Origin: Paragordius varius
Lineage: Eukaryota; Animalia; Nematomorpha
Assembly (NCBI GenBank): GCA_964247055.1
Contig: OZ176052.1
Coordinates: forward strand, 12,152,001 to 12,216,000
Reading direction: 5' to 3'
DNA length: 64,000 nucleotides
Part shown: positions 1 to 12,000 of the stretch, piece after piece
How the letters are laid out: each line of letters opens with the position of its first letter
Position numbering within the stretch: the first letter of the stretch is position 1
Made by a program: the position numbers and the translations under genes
The notes under the pieces: generated by a model
Databases searched by the model: none
Seen by the model: the letters and a program-made list of their open reading frames with translations, nothing else
What the model was told of the DNA's origin: nothing

Positions 1-3
1 TTT

Positions 4-1210
4 TTGACTGAAACAAGTCCGCCCTTGTCGTCACCTTCTGTAAGTCATCCTGTAAATACGGCAAATAATATCAACAGTAATAATAATAATGTTATTGGAG
101 GTCAAAAACGAAAAAAGAAAAACCTGTGCAACTTTAATAGTAATAGCTTAACTGCGCATAAAACATTTAAAAATGATATTTCAACAACAACAACAACATC
201 ATCTAGTCACCAAAATACATGTGATGATGGACACAATGCTGGAAAAAACAAGTTAGGTTCCACATCAAAAACTGGGGGTAAATGCACTTCTTTACTTTCG
301 ATATTACCGGAACCACAAAATAGTTGTTTTGTTAAAAATGGGAAAAAATTAAGGTCTCAACCTTGTAACACACAAACACAACCAACTGCTACATCAAGTT
401 CATTCACCAATCTCTTGATTTCATTCTACAAATCGCATTATGAACATTTTCAACCAATCAATATAACCGTTAAAAACGATAAAAAACTTAGCTCTCAAAA
501 TACGAATACTTTAGACGATATGCATTCTATCAAAAGTAATCACAATTCAAAAGATTTTAAAAGAAAGTCATTTAACTCCTATCTCTATGAAACATCCAAA
601 ACTACGCCGAGTACAAAATCCAAGGCAAGTTGTTTAATACAAAACTCTAAATGTGATTTAATGAATTCCGACGAAACTTGTGATATAAGTCCACATCCTG
701 TTTCCAACAACAGAAAAACGCGGTTAGAATCAATGATTGTTGAGAAAAAAGCGTATGATCGTTGGAAACATAAATTTATTTATGAGTGGCCTAACCAGAC
801 CCCTGAATCTAGAATGAGTGTTAAACACAAACAAAATTCTAATAATATTCCAACTTCCAAAAAAAGAAAATATGTTGCTCAGCAAAACGAAACAGCTACA
901 AATGATCATATTGTTAAAGCTATACCAAATCGGCATTTAACTTTTGGTAATATATTTGTGAAACTAATATTTCTATCCTAAAATATCATGTGAATTTAAA
1001 CTAATTGTTTTATATATGATTTATAATATTTACTATATATATTCTCTTTTAGAATTACAGAAACAGGGAAGTAAATCAAAGTTTTTGAAGCTAACAGATG
1101 ATAAAATCACTTCCATACAAGAGCAAATAAATTTAGAACCGGATTCTAAGAAAATACCCGATAATTATTTCGACCAACAAAATTCTGATTCGGAAAACGA
1201 ATTAATTTAA
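4..1210 (+). CDS. 3' part of an unknown gene: large low-complexity Ser/Thr/Asn/Lys-rich exon (<4-946) plus last exon 1053-1210
   Basis: 325-codon open frame from the window edge. GT donor at 947 (phase 1) and tttag acceptor at 1052 join it in frame to ELQKQGSK...ENELI*. No family motif recognised; the 5' end lies outside the window. Confidence 0.65.
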
Positions 1211-1375
1211 ATAATATGAATATTAATATATTTTTATATGTTCATAGAAAATTATTAATAAATTCCTATTTAACGCACACAATTTCCAAATTTAATGGTT
1301 ACTCTTTTTCAGATATTATGTTTATTTATCTTAAGGCGTTTATACACTAATTCATTTTACCATATGGTTTATCAA

Positions 1376-2091
1376 TATACCATTTACCCTTCAAGAGTGT
1401 CCTTGAACAATTCAAGTTGGTCCTTGAACAATTCAAGTTGGTCCTTGAACAATTTAAGTTGGTCCTTGAACAGTTCAAGTTTGTCCTTGAACAATTCAAG
1501 TTGGTCCTTGAACAGTTCAAGTTGGTCCTCGAACAATTCAAGTTGGTCCTTGAACAGCAAGTTGGTCCTTGAACATTTCAAGTTGGTCCTTAAAATTTAT
1601 AAATTTTGATTTAACCATAATTTTTGCATTTATTCTTTTATTTTATTATTTATTAACCTAATTTTCATTATTTATTATATATTTATTCATTTAAAAATAA
1701 AAATTTTTATTGAAAAACCACTTTTTTGTTTCAAACTATTTTTTTTTCAATTAAACAAAATTATTGACTTTTAAATGTTTTTAATGAAAAAATTTAATTA
1801 ATAACCCAGAAAACTTATATATTTTTTCATTTCGTATCAAAACCTATAAATATCCAAAATTATTTTAAGAAATGAATAAAGATATAGGGTTTCTCAAAGA
1901 TTAAAAGTTGATATCGATTTAAATTTTATGTTATATAATAGAAAATAGGTTAAAAACAATAAAATAGATGAATTATTTACAATTTGATTGATAAAATTTA
2001 AAAACAAAACAAAAAAGTCAAAGGACCAACTTGATTTGTTCAAGGACCAACTTGAATTGTTCAAGGACACTCTTGAAGTGTAAATGGTATA
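1376..2091. mobile_element. MITE/foldback family A, copy 1: TIRs with subterminal 21-bp tandem repeats
   Basis: Left end TATACCATTTACCCTTCAAGAGTGTCC followed by about 9 units of (GGTCCTTGAACAATTCAAGTT). Right end is the reverse complement, ...GGACACTCTTGAAGTGTAAATGGTATA. The AT-rich interior matches 32477-33131 in opposite orientation. Confidence 0.9.
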
Positions 2092-2599
2092 TCTGAATGG
2101 TAATTGCCTATCTTTACGCTCTAAAATATGTTAATAAAACTGAGCTCTCCAGTTTGTTGAAAGTATTATTAGATAATTAACTACGGTGTCCGTTTTTCTT
2201 TTTGCAATTTTTAGACAAAAATTTTAGTTTAAATTTCGTTTTTTTAACGTTAGTTTAAAAATATGTGTATCTATATATATGAATTATGAATCAACCAGAT
2301 ATAATAAAATGTTGGTTTACCACTTCAGTAGGCAGGAAATTTATGTATCTAGTATTTTTGTGCCAGAGATTATTTAAAACTTTTTTAATTTGGTTATCTT
2401 TGCTTAAGTGATAGGAAGAAAGGCTTTTAATTTTTACATGTTCATCCTCCAATTAGATAGTGCCGAATTGAAACATATATGATTTTTAATAATATACAAA
2501 AATTTGCTAAGTTATTCATATAAAAAACCCATTTTTATTTACCTGACATTACGAGACAAAGAAATCGAGTCTGCTAAAATCCAGCTCTGATTTTTATTG

Positions 2600-3300
2600 C
2601 AATGCTTTTTTACAGCAGAATAAAAACGCTGCCAAATTCATCTGCTGGTAGAAACATATTGTGAACATTCTCCATAGATTTAAACATGTGAAATACGGTT
2701 TGAAAAAATCGAAAAATTATAAAGTGTTAAAGGGTAGAACACACAACTGCGAAGAGTATAAAGTGAGAGTTATCGAATAATGGCCCAACATAATGGATTC
2801 GGAAGCATTACATTTTTGCATTTAACTGTGATTGTTGATGATAAGTGGTTATCTTTAATCAAAAACGGAAAAATCGTTGTTTTCTCATACCCAACCGGTT
2901 TCTCAACATTAAGGCCAAATCTCTGCGGCAAGACTATGCTTTGTGCATATTGGAACCAAAGCAGTATTTTGAATTATGATTTGAAGTTCGGTGAAACCGT
3001 TATACATAACATTATCGCTAACAAATGTTAATTTAAATTATGAATTAATAAAAAAACGATCGACATGGAAAAAGACATGGTAAAAGAATGAAGGCAAAAA
3101 CTTTAACAGACACCTTTGAATTGGTTTGGTAAGAAATTCTTTTGCAGTCGCCTACTCTCCGGGCTTAACGATATAGCTCTTTGCGTCAAGTAGGCGCACG
3201 CGCACAGAGCAACTTGAAAGTCATTAAAAAATGGCTTGACGAATGGTTTGTCGGAAAATATTGATCAAAATGTGCAAAAGTCGATGAATAATATTCCAAA
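2600..3300 (+). pseudogene. Decayed mariner (Mos1-like) transposase
   Basis: Across frameshifts and stops: FLHLTVIVDDKW (cf. FLHRIVTGDEKW), RPNLCGKTMLCAYWNQS (cf. RPNRFGKKTMLCVWWDQS), AYSPGL (cf. AYSPDL) and KWLDEWF. Confidence 0.85.
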
Positions 3301-3488
3301 TAAATTAAATACATATATTATAAAATTGAATGGTTTTTAAGCAAAAACTTGGTAAAAATCTGCTATTTAAGTATCGGAAAAAAAGCATGATCATCAGCAT
3401 GAGCTGATTACCATATGCACTAAATATTATAAAGATCATAAAGAAGACATTATAAGAAAGGGGCACTTTAAATAGATAGGCAAATGTT

Positions 3489-4382
3489 TTAACAACATAT
3501 ATCATATTTATTTTTGACTGTATTAACGAAATCTGGATCGATTTCAAAATTGATGTTGAACCCTTTGCTAGAAATAAAATTGCGTATATCATCAAAATTT
3601 AACATTTTAAATGAGGGAGGTAAAATAGTTTCACTTTGTTTATTTTTTTGGATAGCAATGGCGGCTACATGAATATCATCCAAATGACAGACTTCAGTTA
3701 TCCAGCTCGGTTCATTTAAAAATTGTGGGCCCTTGTACAAAATATTTAAAAGAAATGGTGGCCATTCCCATTTTTGTAAATTAAATGAGTAATCTTTTAG
3801 TATTTTAGGGTTTAATGGAATACCATTAGCTTTTAAAACTGCTTCTTTAAGTGTCCAGCAAATCAAAAAACGTTGCATCCTATTATAATCATCGGTTGGC
3901 TGATTTATCCATAACCATTCAAACTCCGTTAGTACATCTTTCATTAAGGATAAAAATTTGTTCAAGTCTTTTTGGAATGTTATTTTATTGCTAATATCAC
4001 TTTTGATGAATCTCATATAGGACATGACATCGATCCCTACTTTCGAATCAAAAGCTCCGCATAACACGCAAAATTTTCCGTCGTGTGAAATATTAAAATC
4101 ATATTGAATATTTTGGATACCAGTGAATATAGGCTTTCCGTTCGATGATCGCGATATATTGAGATTTCCCGAAATATTGTTTTTCAGCTTTATAAACAGG
4201 TAATATATTAGCAATCTCCCAGCTGCCGCAGCTTTGAAATCTTTCAAAAATGAGTACTTAATAAGTTTATCTTTTTCAAATATATCGACACAAGAAGAAA
4301 GAAATTTGACACTTTCCACTGTAATTTTCCAATCATAAAAATTAAATGCCCATATTACAGGCTGGAACTCATCTACAATCAT
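3489..4382 (-). CDS. AASDHPPT: 4'-phosphopantetheinyl transferase (Sfp/AASDHPPT type), single exon, 297 aa
   Basis: Motifs AAAGRLL, RSSNGKP, FNISHDG, VGIDVM, WTLKEAVLKANG and C-terminal F..LNFDD, as in animal AASDHPPT. Confidence 0.92.
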   Translation of the reverse strand: MIVDEFQPVIWAFNFYDWKITVESVKFLSSCVDIFEKDKLIKYSFLKDFKAAAAGRLLIYYLFIKLKNNISGNLNISRSSNGKPIFTGIQNIQYDFNISHDGKFCVLCGAFDSKVGIDVMSYMRFIKSDISNKITFQKDLNKFLSLMKDVLTEFEWLWINQPTDDYNRMQRFLICWTLKEAVLKANGIPLNPKILKDYSFNLQKWEWPPFLLNILYKGPQFLNEPSWITEVCHLDDIHVAAIAIQKNKQSETILPPSFKMLNFDDIRNFISSKGFNINFEIDPDFVNTVKNKYDICC

Positions 4383-5751
4383 ATATACACATGCTTTTAT
4401 ATCTGGTGGTTATTAAATATTTTTGAAAATAAAAAAAACTATGTAACTTTTCGTTTAAATCAAGCTAGATATAATTTGTGTCATATTAACAATATAAGAT
4501 AGGTGTTGAATTGTATGTATTTTTATTTGTCTTAAAAGACCCATAAAATAAATCTATAAGTTATAGGTGATTTTCTAGCCAATGTTTTAATTATTAAAGG
4601 ACTTTAAATTAAATAAATCCAAAATATTTTCAAATATTATAATCTCAAGGAAACCAGTAAATAAATCGTATGAGTTTATTTTATCTATTTAAAATGGTTA
4701 TTAATGAGCTAAAGGATCTATATCCAGATAAAGATATGTATCCAAAGATATTCCAAAAACTAGAATATGTGTCCGAATTAGGTTCCAGAAAACCTGAAAT
4801 TTATCTAAATTAGCTCTCAGAATAAATGTTCGGCTTCATCGAATCATATCGGAAAAATGTTTGTATGGTATAGGCGTTTTTATACTGTTTCCATCATTAC
4901 TCAAATGAGTATGAAGCGCGGTTAACCAAATTCCAAAAATTATAAAATATTTCTATTTTATATTTAGCATTTATTATAGATTTTTATCGCATAATCTCGA
5001 TATTTAACCTTTATTTTAAGAAAATTTGCCCATTTTAGAAAAGGGAAAAAATGTGACCAAGTTTTACTAAAATATTATTTAAAAAAGTCCCCACTTATTA
5101 TTTTCTGATATGGACCCTTAAGAAATGATTACCTTCTTACATGAGTCGTAGGGACCAAAAAAAGCACAACGATAACCCTCATAAATTTTATCACAATATA
5201 TATTATATATCATCAGGATTTTTTGTGGACAATGTGTATGTGCGCAAATTTGCTAGGAATCAAAGGTCAAAATTACTAACTTCAAATCATTCGAAATTCA
5301 AAAGAAATACACTATCAGAATTTTAATTCATTTTTTTATCAGGATATAATTTTAATAAAAACTATTATTATACACACCAATTTCATCCATGGTGAAATAG
5401 TAATTATTTGTAGCTCTGTGTTCAATATGCTTCGACATTTATAAAGTAAAGTGTCTAACCAGATTTGAATTAAAATGCATTTCTTAGTGTGGAAATTTTT
5501 ACGGAAATAACTAAAGTTTCAGTTTTTCTATAAACAATTAATTTTGCACATTAGCTTCTTAACTTTTAATCTTTATGTTATAACCTCATTTCCTATGGAC
5601 AAAATTTGACCATTATAAATAAATTGGTAGCCGAACTATTTATAAAGATATATATTTGATATTTCTCGCAAATTGTACCAAATGTATTTAAAGGTTTTAC
5701 CGGTTTTTTAATGAAAATGTAATTTTTAAATGAGATCCATTATTTATTTTA

Positions 5752-6420
5752 TACAAAATATACTCTATTGGCTTCTGCACATTTGTCCACTTCTCTGGTA
5801 TCATATGAATGCCGTTCTAGGAAAATCTTATGCAGAAAATCATTCGTCAAGCCATTTTCCAACGTCTTCGCTCTTATTAAAGGGCTGTTCTCCGGGAGTG
5901 CGCCCCATTGATTCGTATTCGTCAGATGGCGCAAGTTCAAAAGGGTCAGCAAAATCGTAAAATCTTCCTATCGAAGCGATTTAAATATGTCTTTTACTGG
6001 GTTCTGTGTGAGACTAAGCATTTAAATTACTTTGCCATGTTTTCTGGATCATTCCTGCAGTTTTTGGATTAATGCGAGGTTTAAATTAGCTATTTGTTAC
6101 AATAATGTTGTGTATAATAATTTCACGAGACCTTAGAAGTTTGCTATTTTCTCACACTATACACAACATAATTTTCTTGCTGAAACGATTTGCAAGTGTT
6201 GATGGACCTCGGCTTAACAAGTTGAGGTTACAATTTTTGCGCTTTAAATTACAAAATTACGTCATTCATCATCACCCGGAAAAATAATTTATTTTTGTGA
6301 CATTGAATCAGGATTTCACTAGTCACTTTGCGATTTACAGTTACGTTCTAAATCGTGTGAAATCTATTTTCCGGTATGGCTCCCATTTCACATATCATCT
6401 ATTGATTGGTTTTGTTATAC
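5752..6420 (-). pseudogene. Second decayed mariner (Mos1-like) transposase
   Basis: Reverse-strand fragments NRFSKKIMLCIV, LAPSDEYESMG..EQPF..EDVGKWLDE*, GIHMIPEKW and KCAEANRVYF match the Mos1 C-terminus (LAPSDYHLF...KWLDEW...GIHKLPERWEKCVASDGKYF), with stops and frameshifts. Confidence 0.85.
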
Positions 6421-6512
6421 AAGTGATGCCTTGCTAATTGTTAAGTTTAGGTTGAGTCATCATCCAATCATTTTTACACTTTATCGTTACAGTTTTGTGG
6501 TGTATTGAGAAT

Positions 6513-6760
6513 CAGAGGCGTAACCAAGGGGGAAAGGGGGACTTATGCACCGGGAGCCATAGTTGAAAGGGCGCCGGATTTCAATTTTTTTTTAAATTTT
6601 ATTTAAAAAAGGTTTTTAAAGTTATTTTTTTAAATAATTTATAAATTATCACCCATTTATGAGTACGGTTTAAATTTGATTATTTTATTAAAATTCAAGG
6701 GGCTTGATGGAGGGGGGAGGGGCGCCACGGATTCATGCACCGGCCGCTAGACATCTCTTT
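6513..6760. repeat. Short GC-rich-ended decayed non-autonomous element (uncertain)
   Basis: Begins CAGAGGCGTAACCAAGGGGG and has GGGGCGCC-type GC blocks around an AT core. The right TIR is too degenerate to confirm. Confidence 0.3.
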
Positions 6761-7379
6761 TACACTAAATTCATATTTTATATTTTCTAGACCATGCCTC
6801 ACGTGTTGTAATCGATGGTTTATCGTTATCATATGATTCTAAAGGTAAACGACTTTGAACAACCTTTTTCTTCTGATTGAAAGCTCTGTGCCAATTTCTT
6901 TTTCCCGCATAAAATTTGACAAAATATGTTAACTGTGTCCTAGTGGGTGTTTGTAGATTAAGGATATATAAACAAAATGGGTCTGTATTTAATTAATTGT
7001 TTATTAAGGCCCTTATTTTTCGAATTCGACACGCGATGCCATTTGTAGGCACACTTGTTCTACAAATATTTGAATTCTTTAATCAAAAATAATTAAATTA
7101 AATTTTTTGGCATTTTATGGAATTTCATATTATACCATTTTTGAGTCAAAAGCAACATTTTTTCAGGCAAATGCAACAAATTTTTAACCTAAAGCAAAAC
7201 ATTATCAATAAACACAACATTTTTTCAGTTGGTTTTGCTGAATATGTTGCGTTTGTTGGAAAAAATGTTGCTTTTGACTGATAATCTATATATTTATAAT
7301 GGAAAATGCTGGCGTTGTGATCTGTTTCTGGAAAACCGATAGACCCATTCAAATCCAAATGTCAAAAAAATATCATTAA

Positions 7380-8095
7380 TGAATGCCCCGACAATATCGC
7401 CCTTTTTTAAATTAGGCCCCCGATTCGGGCCCACCCCGTGTAAAAACGGTTTTTTTTCAAATCGTGTCTTTAAGACAATTTTCCGGAGAATGTGTTGGAC
7501 CATTCAATTTCAAATATAATTTTTGTTTGCTTATTTTCGATTGCGCCGAACATCGTCGTCTCGCTTTTTTAATTTAGGCCCTCTTTTTACCCACTCCCCC
7601 CGTAAAATGCCATTTTTTTAAATAAACAAAGTCCACAAAAATAATTTTTTGATTCTATTTTTCGCCCAAGTTGTGAGACCGTAAAAATTCAATAAGGATT
7701 CCACGTATTCCCTGTTAAAAGGTAAAAATTTTAGTCAAGCGTTTTTTTGATGATAGCTGCTGAGTGAGTCGCTACCCGCGAAAAACTGTCTCGTCATATC
7801 GAAATAGCGTGTGGGGCTAAATTTTAGAAAACCTATCAGGCCATATTGAGCGGATTTTTTAAATTAGCCGTTAAATAGACCCTTTACTCCCTATAAAATG
7901 CGCTATCATCAACTATTATTTAGTTTTGAAGCCATTCTTTTATAAACTATTAGAAATGAATGATGATTCCAGGTATGAAGGCAATTTTTTTATCTAACTA
8001 CATTTTTATATTAACCTCTGAGTAGTGGGTCGTACCCGTCTACAACTGCGCCATCATATCGATATAACATGCCTTTGGAGCCAAATTTCAGAATG
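7380..8095. repeat. Dispersed repeat family C, copy 1
   Basis: 7400-7830 aligns by eye with 29540-29900 (shared GGCCCACCCCGTGTAAAAA, GTGTTGGACCATTC, GTCATATCGAAATAGCGTG). 7800-8090 aligns with the reverse complement of 30560-31170. Confidence 0.8.
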
Positions 8096-8171
8096 AGACT
8101 ATGTGAATCATATTAAAACTTCTGCCGCATAATAAAATTGCTTATAAAATCAAAAATGCCCCCCCCCCCTT

Positions 8172-8207
8172 TCTCGGGCTGCGTAGCAGCCCGAGATTTA
8201 CGCTAGT
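8172..8207 (+). mobile_element. Helitron-like 3' terminus
   Basis: Perfect 11-bp GC-rich hairpin TCTCGGGCTGC-GTA-GCAGCCCGAGA, then 6 nt, then CTAG|T: the canonical Helitron 3' signature. The 5' TC end was not identified. Confidence 0.6.
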
Positions 8208-9080
8208 GGTATATAAAATAAGTAAGGTGTTCTTCGTTAAGGTGCCTGATGAGCATAATTTTATCAGTTCATAGATGCTTTTAAAAGTTTATTATGAGGG
8301 GGTGGGTCATTATGAGGGGAATTTTTATTTTTGAGAAACTTAACTAAAATAATATACATTAAATGTTCGAAATAGATTTTAAAATATGCAATCAATGCAC
8401 TTTCGTATGTATTTATAATAATTATATTGCTAAAATTATATAATAAATACTTAATAATATAGCACATCCGTCTATCTATTTATACAAACTTACACTTTTC
8501 TTTAATATACTTTGCAGTAGGGTTCTAATCGTGCTTAGTTATTTTATATGTCCTATAAGAAAATTGTTGAAATTCGTATTTCTCCATATCGAATCACAAA
8601 ATTAGACATCATTATAATTTTTTGGCAAAAGTTAAATTTCAACAAAATATTTTGTCAACTCATATATAATATAAAACCCAAACAATTTTATTTAATTTTC
8701 AGACTTAAAAGTTCTATATTTGTGATTTGCGAATTAAAATAAAAAAAGGCGAGCGCGATACCATATTTTGAGATCAAAAAAAATAATAAAAACGATCACT
8801 GCAAAAATCAAGTCTGTTTCATCGTTTCGAGGCATGTCCGAAACGGTAAAAATATATATATTTTTTCAATCCATCGCTTAAGATTTTCATTACATCAATA
8901 TTGATTTTTTCTAAATTTAATATAAACCAAACCTACAATATCGAATAAATTTAATTTTGCAAAGCCGCCACCTCTTATTAAATCAATAGATGATATGATA
9001 TATAAGGTTTTTTATTTATATATACATTGCTAACTACTATTTATTAATAGGTATATATTATATATTAAATTTAAAGTTAT

Positions 9081-12000
9081 CTAAAAATATTTTTTAATAT
9101 TGTTCGTATTGCTCCTGAGATTATGAGTATTTTTTGGAGAAACATTATTTCTCTTGACAGACCCTTTATTATGGGGTGAAATATCGCTTGTTTTTCGTTT
9201 TTTCTTTTGTTGTGACGGAGAATGCTTTGTGGCGATACTTTTCTGCCTTTTCATTTTATCAAAATCCATTTCATTTTCAATTTGCCATCTCAAATGGTCC
9301 GGCAAACTTTTGAGAACGTCATGATCCACCCTATGCCAATCATATAAGTGATCGGTTTTCTCAGATTTTGGTTCTAAATGATATAATATATTTATCATTT
9401 ATTCACCCTTGAACAATTTAAATTCACCCTCGAACAATTCAAATTCCCCCTAAAATAAATTATGTATTTTTTTATTGAAATTAAAATAATAATGAAAATA
9501 AGCTATGTCACAGAGATATATTATTGATGAGTTATATTACCCCTAAAATTCAAAATTTTATTTTTAGGGTAAATTTGATGTGTTAAAGGGTGAAATTGAA
9601 TTGTAAATGGAAATTATAAAGAATTTCGTTTCGATATTTAAGACCATTTTATTTAAAGTGGATCCCCTTTCCCCTACATGACGTACTTTTTTAAATAAAC
9701 AGCCCCATAAAGTAATTATCTTATGCTGATGTTATGCATTTTTTCGTATTTAAATAAAGCTCTAACTTTTTGAATTATAATCGTTGTTGAAAACACGTTA
9801 AGTATGTGAGTATTATGAAAAATTTATTAGCTAGAAAAAAAATTTTTTTTCTTTTTTATCCTAATTACCATCTGTAGAATATTATTAGTTATTATATAAT
9901 AATATATAAAATTTAAATTAATAAATTTCTTTTCAAAAAAGGGTCTGATGCGGATACTGATAAATTATTTTCCCCCCATGGGAGTCATCATGGAGAAGGT
10001 GCTTTATTGTATACACTAAACCCAAAATGTAACATAACAGTAATACATTCTTAGAAACAAAAAAATTAAAATATAATTTGCCATTAAATAATTAAACTTA
10101 AAATTTAAAATAATTTTCATTAAAATGTATTGATAAACGCTATAAAAAGATAACCTAAAAATTTCTTCATCGGCTCTGGCGATGATAAGTGTTCAGAAGG
10201 TTTAGGTAATTTTTTGGGTTCTTTAAAGTTTTCTTTAGTATTTGGAGTTGATTTGATTTGAAAAGCATTTAAATTTGTCTGTTTTTGCTTATTGCGTGTT
10301 GGTGAAGTCGAATCTGAACCGAAATCGAAAAAATTTGTTGCAGAAAGTGAAATATTTGTAACTGGTGGTTCCCTATATTCAATATGAAAGAATTAGGATT
10401 TTAGTTGAATAGGGTTCATAAAAAAGTAAAAATAGATATGTTCTTTTAGCATGTAAACAGGATCCTTATACCAAATTATATGTGCTCAAAATATTAATTG
10501 GCTATGTATTATAATAAAAAGATATATCAATATAATCATGGTTTTTATAACAGATACACATTTTTACAGTAAGACTATTATTATACACACAAAATGTATA
10601 TAGACAAATATTTTTGAAAAAGAGTAATTATATTTGATACCTGGAAGTTTTCGCATATACAGTCATGTATCCTTTTTATCGAAAATTTATTTTTTTTTCG
10701 TTAAATGGTTATAAATATTTGGTAAAGAATGGAAAAAACAAGAACATGGTAATTCTTATACTTTTTGATGAATATGATATTGTTAATACCATAGAGCTCT
10801 TGTTTTTTCCATTCTTTACCGAATATCTATATCCATTTGAAAAATAAAGTTTGGTTTAATAAAGGATACATGACTGTACATTGTTTTAGTTTGCGAAACA
10901 GTAATTGATAACTGACAATACATTTAATTATAATTATATAGTTTATGTAAGAAAAGTCAAGATCTTAAAAGGTATGGTTGTCTTTTTAGAAAAATTTTCT
11001 ATTATTTATTTGAATTAATTTGTGTAATTTTAAGATTGTGGCTAACAATTATATTTAAACAAGTGAATGCCTTTAACAAATCAAAGAACTATAATACATT
11101 CATAACGAATCAGACAATAAAAAATAAACCATTTCTGTTCATCTTGAGCCGTATTAAATTTTCTAATATTTCTCATGCAAATATCCGTAAATTGAGAGGC
11201 GTCTTTGAATGACTCAGAAGGCGGAAATGGGAATTGATGAGACACTCTATTAGTTTCAGTGTGGACATCTTGACCCAATAATATGTGCAAAGTTTTGGGT
11301 TTTCGATTATTCTACATAGAAAAAAAAACAAAATTATATTGAAAATTTGTGAGTTTGTTTAACAATAATCGGATTAAAAGTAAAATTTCATTTTCTAAAA
11401 TAAAATAAACTTGATAAAATAATAAAACACTTAACCAAAGCCTGTGATAATATTCAAAATAAAAATAACCTCATTTTGATCTTTATCTAATCGCTCGAGC
11501 AGTTCTGTCACCAATTGGGTCATCCAAAATGTAACCTAAAATAAAATATATAGGTAAATCTTTCTTAATTCATGAGTTTGTTCTAGATAAAATTAATTTA
11601 TTCTATATTATACAAAATGTATGCGCATTTGATATCTATATATTATGTCAATTTATGACTCTTTCAATTAAATAATATAAAGAATATTCGGAATATATTA
11701 ATAATCCATTGCCATATATATATAATAAAAGCATATAAAGTGATTATGAAAAAATATTATTTTCTCTCAAAAAGATTTATAAATATAAGCTTTCAATAAT
11801 AAGTTGCACGCATGTAATAAAAATATGAAATAAAAGATGTAATTTGGTCGGTCACCGAATAGTTATAACAATAAGCGAATTCATTCATTCTATTCTTTTT
11901 CAAGTCAAAAAAAGCATTTATTGCTTTTCAGGCAGTTATTAACATAATGGATAATTTTTTGTAAAGCGTTTCCAAAATAGTTATTATTTTGACCAGTTTG

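Noticed and set aside
1384-1609. Short repetitive ORFs (FKDQLEL, NCSRTNL, SSWSLNN) and similar ones at 33019-33204 and the end of 55688-55987
   Set aside because: They are translations of the 21-bp MITE subterminal repeats.
3147-3200. GC-rich hairpin CGCCTACT...AGTAGGCG as an ncRNA or SECIS downstream of the PPTase
   Set aside because: It coincides with the AYSP(D/G)L-encoding part of the mariner remnant, the upper stem is poor, and the PPTase has no in-frame UGA.
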